A stretch of DNA of 64,000 nt from Macrostomum lignano (taxonomy: Eukaryota): assembly GCA_002269645.1 (NCBI GenBank), contig NIVC01000655.1, positions 1 through 64,000 on the forward strand, in the 5' to 3' direction. This document shows positions 50,301-62,300 of the stretch, in pieces. Below the pieces are notes generated by a model. The model was not told the origin of the DNA. It ran no database searches and worked only from the letters and a program-made list of their open reading frames with translations. How positions within the stretch are numbered: the first letter of the stretch is position 1; each line of letters begins with the position of its first letter. The translations under genes were made by a program, and so were the position numbers.

Positions 50301-53300
50301 CACACTCAGAAAATACCTTGATAATGTCTTCCGAAGTAGACCAAGGAGAGCACTGAAAAGACACTATGTCCGTGCTGGGTAACTTTCTGAATTCTTTTCC
50401 TGATGAATTTGAACCAAGCATATTGCTTCTGACAATTGCTTTAGAAATTGATTTTGAGCTTCCAGGTTTTCCCACGAGAAACAATGGAATTCGAAGCGAG
50501 ATGCTTATAGCCATCATAAAAACATTTTCTCTCAGGGCGTCGTTCACTGCCAATGTGCTTGGTAATCGAATGTCATGAATAAGCGTTCCTTGAAATTGCT
50601 TGATCATTGAAGTAAGCTCAATGGGACTTTTCACAATCTGTAGAGCTTTGAAAACGTCTTTTAAAAATGGGTCGTTCTGATCTCGAGGCAAGCGACTAAG
50701 ATAGCAAATAGAAACAGATATAATGACAGAAATGTCGAATCTTGAGAGCGAACTGTCGCCTGAGCATTTTTCTTGATAATTACGAATGAGGTTTCCGCAT
50801 AGAATCCAGTGAAACAATTGTATTTCCCGCTCCACCTCTCGTAGTGAAACGTATTTCGTTTCATCATTCATCTGTCGCATGAATTTCTGCGCAGCCGAAA
50901 TCACAGTCGTTAATTTCTGCTTCTCGACGTCATTAATCATTTCTAGACGCGAGCTAACCATGCGCTCGATGTATTTTTCCTCTGCTTCTTCAGAGAGATT
51001 TCCGAAGTCCCAGAGAACGCAAGTAAGCGACAGGGGCAGCGGCTTTACTCTGTAAACAAGGTGGCGCATAGGAATGTCTCCGAATTTGTCTTGGGTTTCT
51101 TCCTTTCTCACCCGGTAACCGAGGCCGCTGTTCTCCAGTCTGTCGATTGTCGATTTGGGATGCTTGCGGTACGGGTTGCAGGCAGCTACACAACGCAGAC
51201 CGCTCTCGAAATTGATTTTCCTGCCGTTAATCCTGCCATCGAGCATGATCTCCTTTATAAGACCGACAAAACTGGTTGTGTTAACCTCGTCGAAAAACAG
51301 AATGGTATAAGGAGATCTCTGGCCAATTGGCTTTTCATAGTTTTCCTCAGAAAGCTTTTCTGCATCACTGACTGCTTCTTCAATATCCTCCAGAGTAACT
51401 CCGCCATGAACTTTCAGCACGCGCATATTGTCAGGACGAAGGGCTTTAGACTCGAATTTGGGCAGGATAATTCGTGCAAGAAACTCGACAAGCTTCGTTT
51501 TTCCGCACCCAGTTTCCCCCATCAAAACAACGGGGATTTTGCTTCTAAAGCGCATATAAATTGCAAGTATTTTCTTGACGTTGTCCATCGTGAGCTCATA
51601 AGATTTATCGGGATCCTGAAAGTCACTTGACTCGGCGAAGCCAAATACCATTCTCATCCTTGAAATCTTCTCTGCCCTACTTAAATCATCAAACTTCTCA
51701 TTGATTGGAACTTGTTGTGCTACCAGTCCATCGCGCAACTGTCTTTTGATCATTTCTTTCTGCAGAACTTGGCCCGTATTGCTATCAACCAGATTTCCTT
51801 GCTTGTCAATTGTGAATCCAAAAAACGTGAATGACTGACCATCCTCATTAAACAAGAGATATGGATGCGGCTCTTGCTCCCAGTGGCGCCTGAGCTGAAA
51901 TGCTGACACGCTTTCTTCCTTATCAGCTCCAGAAGCGCCACTTTCGTCGGAGCAGTCAATTGATCGAGTAGAAAAGTCCTTTGACATCAGCAGCAGCAGT
52001 CTCAGAACAAAGTCTTTGAAGCCAGGCAAGTCTCGCTCTACAAGAGCACTGCAGAATATTGACTTCTTCATGTCGTTGAATTGGGTTTGATAGAAGCGAG
52101 AAAAATTAATTAATTCTAACCACGACGGGTCATTAACACCGCAGTGTGAGATCAGTGAGCGCAAAACACTCGAAGCTCCGGCAGATGACATAGAGGATGC
52201 AATTTCTTTGTACTGATCGATTCTTTTTGTATACAAAATCAGTTCTTTTGGAACAAATGTTTTTAAACTGTTTGCTTCCTCCAAGAACTGCGCTGGTGTG
52301 AGACAGTTGACTCTGGGAAGCAAATTAAGTACCTGAAAACGTGACGCCACTTGCTTGTTCTCGGAATGCTCTAGCAGATACAAGTCATTTGGCCTCCTTC
52401 TCCATACAAATCCATTAGAGTTTACAATGGCACCGAAGATTGCTAGCTGTGTGATACAGCTGTCAAATCCAGTCTGTACTTCTCTGGCGATGTCCAGGTG
52501 AAAAACAACTGGTGAATCCTCGTTACCGCTGTTCAAAAAGAACTGATACACTTCGTCAGCACTTAGATGCGCGCCACTGCAGCAGAATACCAACGGCTTG
52601 GGACAGCCTCTCCATACCGAAATGTTTTCACAGAGCAACGACTTTCCCATGCCGGAACGATCTGAGGAAATCCACAGAAATTTGCTGTTCTGCATATTCT
52701 CGGCATCTGCAAGGAAGCCTTCCACAAACTTCTGCAGCTCATCCTCTTTTAAAGACTGAGTTGAAAATTCTTGGGCGTATGAGCTAAGGCAGTTGCAGAA
52801 AGGAAACTGTTTTTTCCTTTCTAGGCCAAAAATCACAAAAAGATGAGATTGGATCCTTCCATTTACTCTGTTCATGAGTCTGTTGAACTGTTCCTCCGCC
52901 ACAACAGACAGATAGTTTGGAAGCTTGTCTGCATTGATAATGATGTACAAGGATTTAGGATTTGGGTCCAGGATTGCTCGATGCAAAAACACAATAAGGT
53001 CTTCCTCTGCAGTGTGCTCGCTGCAGCAAAGAACTTCCTCCATTTGTGGCAACCTACTGAATGCCTCTTTGAACAGATGAACTGCCGCCAACAGATGCTT
53101 TTCAGACTGCAGACTTAAGGACACTGGCTTTCCTGTTTGGAATGCTTTCCCAAATTCATCATTTAGCTTCTGTTTGCTACTTCTGTTGTTCTCTAGAGAT
53201 GCGAGAGTCGAAAGAAACAGATTTACATCATAGAAACTGAGAAAGTCGCTGTGTGAGGAATGGATATTGTGCAAGTATATTTTCCAGAGCTTCCTGAAAG

Positions 53301-56300
53301 CCTCGTGAGCCGGCAGATTGCCTATCTGCGCAGCATTCAGATCCTGGTCTGCAGTTTTCCAGTTGCTCTCTGCCTGTTCTTTTGCCTGGGAAATGAAATC
53401 TTTCTCAACCTTCCCTGCCAAGTCCGTGGCCTGTTCTATCAGTTCGTCAATGTTCTTTGCGGCTACTTCTGGGTTACGAAACAGAATCTGGACAGTCTGA
53501 TCAATCGTTTTTTCATCGTACCCGTCATTTGTCAGGGCGCTTTGAATTTTTTGTATTGAGCTTTCATCTTGTACTGAGCCCGCTGAGCCTTTGGCTCGCT
53601 CAGTGATCACACGAGCTACCGACTTATTCACTACAGACTCATCACAGTTAGGAAAGATAAAATCCAGTAGGTGCGCCGTTCGACTATCCAGACTTTCGAT
53701 TCCTTTTGCTGACGAAAAAATCGAAGCCAGAGTTGTTTGCAGAAACTTTATTTGCTGTAGAGAAAAGAAGTTTAAATACGTGTGCTCCATTCTTACTGTT
53801 GCAATTAGCTCCAACCACTCGACCAGACAGTCCTTAAAAATGTTTGACAGGGAAGTCAGCCCGTCCTTGATGTCTTCGTATTTGTACTTAATCACCTTGT
53901 GTGGATTGCAGTACCGCAGCTCAATGCTTACGTTTGTCTCACTCTCTGGCATAAGCTTGACTTTAATAGCAATGTTCTCACAAAGGACACAGCAGTGCAG
54001 TTTAAAAGCTTTATAAGCGTCTACCAACTGGAAGGCGCTCTCCATCAGATTGACGAATCTCTCTAACTGCTGCCTCTGTCCACAGCCTTCACCAGCAAGT
54101 AACATCAGCTTTGACTGCAGATTTTTTATGTCTTCCAGATCCCATTGCTTCTTGCCATCTCCTGACGGCATTGTCAGTTTAAACGGCTCGCTGAACTTTA
54201 CAAGGCATCCAATTTCAATAACTCCGTCAATAAGAATAGCTTCGATTTTCTGAAGAGTAGATTTCTCCACCGATCCTTGGTTTTCTTTCACGTCTTTAAG
54301 AAATTGAAGGCGGGCTCTTGTCTCTTTAAGATGCTGCAGGATGTTTGGTTGCTGCTTACTTTTATCCAAAATAGGCATTACAAGCTTTATTACATCTTTC
54401 AGACTCGTTGGGTGGGAGGGAGTTCTATAGATAATGCTTGCAAAATCCTTTGCGACGGAAACAAACAGCTGGACTTTTTCCTGCTCACTCTCTCCAGAAT
54501 CTGCAAGGTAAATCATGGCAAGGTTCAAGAAGCTGTTCAGTTCTTCTTCCTTAAAGTTTTCGCGTACCCAGTTGAAAAACTGGCAGCTTTCGCAAATTTC
54601 TTCGATAAAATCTGCCAACATTGGCTCTTTGTAGAGCTTCTCTAATAAGCCGTGCATGGAAGATAAATTTCTTGGACGAATCTCTTTTAGTGGCAGGTCC
54701 TCGCTCAGTTGGGTTCTCAGAGTGTTGGCTGTTGAGAATAACTCTTCATCCTGAGTGATTTCAATGCTGAAAGCGTCAGAAAACTCTTTAAGAGCAAAAG
54801 CAACTTTGCAAAGCTTTCGCATTTCTTCAGCTGCAGAAAGCTTCTCAATAACGTCAATTCGCTGGCTCTTAATATCGCTGCAGTATTGTAAAAATACAAC
54901 AATTTCTGCATTAAGATTTTCTCTTCGGTCATCTGACAGCAAGTTTCCCAGTAAACGTCTTGCATCAGCTAATGTAGCATCACCAGTAACTACAGCTGTC
55001 ACATCCCCGGCCCAAACATCTTCAGCTTTTTTCAGGCACTGTAGAATCTCTTTCAATGAAAGCTTTTTTTCAGAGTCTTTGTACCTGCTTTCAACCAGCC
55101 TGTTAAATACTTCCTTAATGGTGCGACTGCCGCGAGATCTTTCCAGAAAGTTTATGGACGAAGACATCAGATCTTCAGCGACAAGGTCTCTAATGAACGG
55201 CCTTTGTGGGTTTCTGACTGACTCTTCAGTCAATTCAGCAAGCTGCCTGTTCCTCAACGAATCAACACTCAGCCTTTCTTTAAATTTTTCCATATCAACT
55301 GCAAGTAAAGCATAAGGGTGGCTGCTTTGATTTTATTGCATTTCAGTGGCTTTACTAAATGTATTAATTTAGTGTTTTAAAGTGAAATCGAAAGCATAAG
55401 AAGCATCATGAATTGAAAAGAGTCAAAACTTGAAATTTTAAATTTTAAATTAGCTATGTCATGATTAAATTGCAGTGATTTTTGCTTCTTCGCCCTTTCC
55501 TCTCTCTCCGTCCCCGCGAGTTACATAATACGAGGGTTCATAGCCCCTTCATACTCACTACTTTGCAAGGGACAACTTTGAGCAAGCTTACACTCTAGAC
55601 AGAGATATGTATCCTATTTAGCGAAACTATTTAGCGCTCAAGGGGAAGAGAATGAGTGTCTATGGTAAATTTTTAGAGAAAGCGACTTCAAATTCGTCTG
55701 AGTAAGTGAACTTCGTCAGTGCAAATGCAGCCTGATCAGAAAAAGTGTTTGCTTTGTCCATGGTAAGAAAAGAAGGTGTCTATGGTAAATTTAAGTAAGA
55801 AAGTGAGTGAATTTCGTCTCTTGAAAAGTAGCCCAATTTCTTGAAATCTTCATTTCATGCTTTGATTGTTGTCAGAGATGCCTACATGAGAATTTCGTCT
55901 GTGGATCGCTCTAGACTCGTGCGATGTTTTCAACAAGGACGAGACTGGAGACAACTCGCAGTTGAACTGGATATCAAGAGGACAACTGCCAGTGACATCA
56001 TCAGAAGATATACTCAGCAGCAGTGAAAAGTCGCCACTCTATGCGCCAGTGAGCAATTTCCTTTGGACTATTCTGAAATAACAGATGCGAGAAAACTGAT
56101 TGGGGTAGCTTTAATCCGTCCAACTCTCGCACACCGCTCCCCCACTTCATTCCTCAACTCATGTCTGCCGCGGGGGTAGCTAAGTTGAGTCACTCGCAAA
56201 GATTGAGAGACTTTATCTGCACTCTCAAAAGTGGCGACCACAGACGGAATCTTTTGAGATGGCGACTTTTCGATGTTGCTGAGTATATGTTGATGAGGGT

Positions 56301-59300
56301 AGGATTGATCTTAATGCGCGTGGAGGTGCAGTGAGACCAAAGTTTTCTGAGATGCTCGGGGCGTTGACGAGGTATGTGGAAGAGAAGCCGACTGTGACCC
56401 TCAAATAAATTGAGCAAAAGCTTGTTGCAGATTTTCTTGCTCCTCCTGCTGTGAAAATGCAGGCAATCAGTCGTTGGCTTGACGGGACTTTGTCCATTAC
56501 ATTGAAGGATGTATATTCTGATCAGGAATTCTGATCTGATCACGAATTCGAAGTCACTTTCTCTAAAAACTTACCATAGAAACTCATTCTCTTCCCCTTT
56601 TAAGCGCTATATAGTTTTGCATACGCTGACGAATTTTAACTCACTTTTGATGAATCCGAAGTTGAAAAGGTATAGTACTGAGCTAACATGGAAAGCCATG
56701 AGCCATGCCTTCCAGTTCCAGCTAGGGCCAAAACTGTTCGCAGTTAAAACCAGATTGATTTCTGTTGTCTATGGTTTGTCTGTGTAAAATCTGTCTGTGT
56801 AATAAGTCACTTTAAAATACTCGTGATTGGGATAAGCGACTGGAGAATCTGAGGCTGACAAATTGAGAATCGTAAAAGACCGAGACAAAGGCAAAGGCTG
56901 CTTCCAAAAGAATTTTTGAATTTGTAGAAACTACGCTTTTGTTATGTATGTTACTTTTGCGGAAACTCTACTTTGACTGGATTTTTCGGTAATAAATCAC
57001 ACGTTATCAAATTTGAACTCACCAAAAGCTGTATCTGTTGATGTCTGAACAAACTCAACAAAGCCGTTTAGTAAAACAATTCTCTCATCTGCTTTTTGTT
57101 TAAGCCCATTCAGACGATCGAGCTGGGTTGGCACATCAGTTTTGCTCTTTAGTTGCTTAAACAGAACTTCGAGCTGAGTTTGTGAACTGAGAAGATAGTT
57201 AACGGCACCGAAGCGAATGGACGTTAATTCTAATAGACGCCTTGAAATCTCACTGGCTGCAGACTGACAAGAACTTAGGACAGCCATGGCATCGCCAGAC
57301 ATATTCTGCTTGAACTCCTCACGCTCTAAATTAATTTGAAAAAATTAATAAAAGTTTATTATGCTCGGGTGGGTTGGAAATAGTTTACTGGTTTCATTTA
57401 CGTCCTCTTTGCATTAAGAGTATGAAGAGATACTTAATTCAAAGCAAACGGCACTAATAGCCCGTTATATAAAATTATACTAAATTATACTAATATTACG
57501 CTAATACGAGCTACTGTGACAAGTGTCATTGTATTGAAATATTGAAATAACATTCAATTTATAAATGAAAATACCGTATCATATTAATATCGGTATGTTT
57601 TGCAGATACTAAATTTAATGTTTAGCTATAAGGTAAACAAGGCATGAAGCCAATTGTGGGATAACTTTTCGCGCTCTAAGCCAACCTTTGTGACTGTACG
57701 GAGTTTGCTTACAGCGTGGACTTCATGCACTGGAAACTTTTCTTTCGGAGGAGAGTCGCTTGAGACAGAGCATCATAATATTGTGACAGTGTGATTATTT
57801 TGCTCCGTAGGCCTATTTCTTAATACTCCTTTAGTTTGATTTTTTAAGCCCGCCAATGCTTTTTCAATTGTTTTTTAGTTTTTTGTTACGTTTTTTAAGT
57901 CTGCGATCCTTAGTTCGTTAATTTAAGAACTAAGTACTAACTTTTACTCGTACTACAAAGTTTTTTAGTACAAACTTTGGAGGTAAGACTAAAGGGTTGG
58001 AAGAATCCAGAATTCAGAAAGATACAGTACGAGCGTACGGTGTTGCTCGTCGAAGTTTGTCCGAGAAATTAACTTTATCTTTTAAACAAGCGATCGTGGA
58101 TCAAATTAATTATAAGGCAATCAACGTCTGAGTGCAAATACATACATTATTCGAGCAAAAACAACTTTGACTATGTAACGCATGAACCCTTGTAACGAAA
58201 TATTGTAGAGTGTTCTACCTCCCGTTAAAAGTAAAAAGTAGAAATCATAGAGACTACTGTAAGTAGATAAGTGCATGCATGCGCGCTTAAATCTGAAAAT
58301 GATGCAAGTCGCTATTTATAGCATATGAATCATGTTCCTATTTATAGCGAATGAGTCATGTTGCTATTCATGGCGACAGAATAATTCATGTTACTATCTA
58401 TAGTAATAAAATGAGTCATGTTACTATTTTTAAACGCAATCATTCTTATTTCCCCTTGTAGCGCAACAAGTGAGTCATGGTGAAGATGCCTATAAATACA
58501 AGCGGCCCAACGCGGCACCGGAGTCAACTCCCGACGATAGGAGGAGCTCCGAAGAGGGTGCTTTTAGAAAAACATCCTAGTTCACCAGTCAATCGAGACT
58601 TGGTTTGATTGTTGCGGTAAGCCTTTCTTATTTGCGCCAGTTGTTGTTAGAGACGTCTCGCTCTAGTCTATTGAGACTCGAGTTTATTAAAGTCTATTGA
58701 GACTTTTGAGTCTATTGAGACTCCCGTGGCTGTAGTCTCCAGAAGGACTACCCTAGTAGATCTTAGAGGAACTACTAGAGATATCCGGAGCATTACCTAG
58801 AGTGCACAGAGGCACTACTAGAAGAAGAACGCTATATTGATACCGCTATTAGGCGCAGGGTACCCATTGTTAAATCGAAGCTTCTGATTGGTCCAACGAC
58901 AGATACCGGCCGGAACCTACTTCAACGGAAGTACCAAGAGATATCGGACCAGATCAACATATTCTAGACGTCTACACTTCCTGAAAGACAGGAACGCAAC
59001 CAGCTGTAAGACTCACCGACAAGAGTCACCGAGGAGATCTCCCAGAAGAAGAAGACAAGGTAAGTGATATCTTCGAATACTAGTCGATTCGCCGAAAGTC
59101 GATTCGCCGAAAGGTTATGCCCGAGTTGATGGTCCTGTACTGATTGGAAGCTTAGTTTAATTTTATTAGAAAGATTAGTTTTATCAGTTTTATGCAGTTT
59201 TATTTGTTCAATTTTCAGTTGCTCTGACAGTTGCCCTGACAGTTGTGCTGACAGTTGTGCTGTTTCGATTTCTTACTAGCTGACTTACAGCTTACTTTTA

Positions 59301-62300
59301 TTACTTTACGAGTATTACTTTTATTAGTTTTATCAGTTTTATGCAGCTTTATTTGTTCAATTTTCGTCACAGTAAATAGTGTCTTTCGATACATATCGGC
59401 TCAACACTGTAGTGGCAAAAAATATTCTGCCCTGCCTGCAAAAAATCAGCACCAACTATAATACGCTGAAATAAGTGTCCTACAATCGCTAATGCATTTA
59501 AAAAGTTAAATTAATTCTGAGAAATATAAAAAATTCTAGAAAATTTATTTGAATTCGGCGAATCGACTTTCGGCGAAACAACCTGCTTTTGGCGAATCGT
59601 CTTTCGGCGAATCGACTTTCGGCGAATCGACTTGTTACCATATCTTCACTTGATAACTGGGTTGCCTAGCTACAGAGCTAGAAGTGATTGTTCCTTGATT
59701 ATCAAAGTCTTGGTAGTAAGGAACACATCAATATAATTATGGGGAAATATGAGTATTATATTAGGGTGAGCCAAAAGTTTCCGGAGTTTGAACAATTGAA
59801 AACTGTAACAAATAGTCTCAAGAACAAACAGATTACAGCGATGTGATGTAGTTGCCATTCAAGGCCCTGACCCTCTCCCATCTTGCTGGCAATGCCTCGA
59901 TCCCCTCCCTCCAGAGGCTCGCAGGCTTTGAATCTATCCATTTCTGCACTGCCTGCTCCACATGTTGCTTGTTGGCGAACCGCTGTCCATCACAAAAGCT
60001 CTGGAGGGACCCGAACACATGGTAGTCGCATGGCGAGAGGTCTGGCGAGTATGGTGGGTGGGGAAAAACACTGAAGCCCAGGCTTGCCAGCTTGGCCTGG
60101 GTGAGTCTTGCTTTGTGAGGCCGCACATTGTCGAAGAGGAGCACCTTGTCGCTGTGCCCCGGGCACACGGATCGCAACAAACGGGTGACCTGCTCCATTT
60201 TGCTGCAGATGACCTCCGCGTTTACAGCCATGCCATGCGGGATGACCTCCCATAAAACAGGGCCAGACGAGCAGAACCAGAAAGATAGCAGCTCCTTGCC
60301 GCAGTAGGGGTTCCGCATTGGGCAGCTGGGTGGTTCTTCAGAAGCATCGACCCAGACGGCTGATGTGCTTGTGTTCTCATAGCAGACTCACTTCTCGTCT
60401 TGAGCAACTATCGACTTGAGAAAGTTTGGCGAACGACCTGGCGAAGATTCGAAGTCGCCGCCCGCATCCACCCTGGCTCTCAGCTGCTAAGGTGTCAACT
60501 CATGGGGCACCAAAGTTGGCTTCTTCGGCACCTTGTCCGCAGCATGCAAGCTCCGCCAGACCGTGCCATAGGACACCCCAGTAGCAGCTGACAGCTTGCG
60601 CACGCTGTAGTCCGGATTGTCCTCAAGGCTTGAAGAACGGCATCGCCATCAGCAGCAGGGGGTCGGCCTGACCTCGGCTTGTCCTGCAGCTTATGGTTCT
60701 CCTCAGCAAAGCGAGAGGATCACTCGTACACCGATGACTTGGAGGGTGTATATGGGCCCATCAGCTGCAACAACCTGCGATGTGCTGCCTCAGCTGCTTT
60801 GCGTCCTGCATAGGGGTCACAGGGTCACAGGATTCACAGGGTCGGGATTCAATCCCGGAAAGTTAATGCTATGTTTTTATAATGTCTGATAAAATAGCAA
60901 TTAGCAAGACAGTTAAGTAAAATATGGAACAAACATGCATCCATGTCCACTCTCCGTTGCCCATTTTGTACAATCTTTGATGTTGAGTTCAGTCTTGTTT
61001 AAATAATTTAGCGTTGATTTTAAATTTTGAACTCATCGTGCATGTCGTGACAACCTTGACAACGTGAATGCCCACTGCCCAGACAGTAGAAGGTTGTGAT
61101 TGCGAATGTAATACATTCATATTGCTTTGCACAGTGATACATGTACATTACATAATCTAATATACATGCATGTTATAAATAATATATGCATATTGCATAT
61201 TACAATATTGATATTACGAGTAGTAATATATACTACTATACTATTTATTATACTACGAGTATAATAACATCATTGTTATAATGTTATATATTACATTATC
61301 AGCCTAGCATTACCCCTTTAGCTCCTACCAAAACTGTGAGCGTTATAAAAACGTCAGTCGCAGCATTTTTATGACATTATAACAATGTTGTGACAAGGAT
61401 GGTACTGGAAAATATCAATCCCGGGATAATCCCGGGGTCCCGGGATTTGACATTTCCTAATCCCGGGATCCCGGGATTGACAGAATACGGGATTTTGTGA
61501 CCCTTAGTCCTGCATGAAAGTGGCTGAACAGAATTGCTCGTTATTCAGTTCTTGGCAGTTCCATTGAATGCGTTTGCTGGCTTAAGTAGGAGAAATCTGG
61601 AAAACTGAGCATGTTAAGCTAGTGATGATCACAGATACTGTATAACAGATACTAGATACTATAGAACTAGATACTAGTGAATGAAGACGCTGTCGTCTTC
61701 AAAGGTGGGACTATGTTATATAGTATCTGTGGTGATGATAAGTTGGCCAGCAGCATAGTAGATGGTTTCTGATTTTAAGCTTTTCCATAGACAAAAACTA
61801 ACTGAAAGTTCCATTCGAAAAAATTCCGAAAACTTTTGGCTCATTATGGCAATTTTTATTATCTAATTTAGTCGAGATCAAGCACTCAAGAATATTTCAT
61901 TTTATCTGATTGAATAGCTCATTATACAAGTATTGCTTATCACTAATTATTTAAATGAAGGTAAAATCACATTACGTAAAAATAGACTATTTGATAACTT
62001 TACAAGCGTACTGGTCAACAAAAACTCTAACTTCTCATTTAATCGTCGCAGGTAATTGTTTTACGAGCGCATATACGAACAATAAACGTATAATAAACGA
62101 ACATATACGCTCGTATATATGAGCGTAATAAACAAACTAATAAATAAATAAACTGGTGCTGTGGGTTTTGTATCCTCATTCAAGCAAAAATATTTTTTTC
62201 ATAGCGCTAGTCTGTCTTAACTCAAATATGCAAACGGAAAATCATTTAAACAAACAAAAGTTCGTAAAACTCACCTAAGAAATCAAGTAGACACGCTGCG

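Noticed and set aside
57713-57812. Possible extra RNF213 exon (GLRSKIITLSQYYDAL...) with a strong GTAAGC donor
   Set aside because: It is phase 1 to 2 and would shift the frame unless a partner exon exists; none was found. Left out of the model.
58457-59406. Solo LTR TGT...ACA
   Set aside because: The candidate ACA end lies inside the 59075-59639 MITE and the flanks show no TSD.
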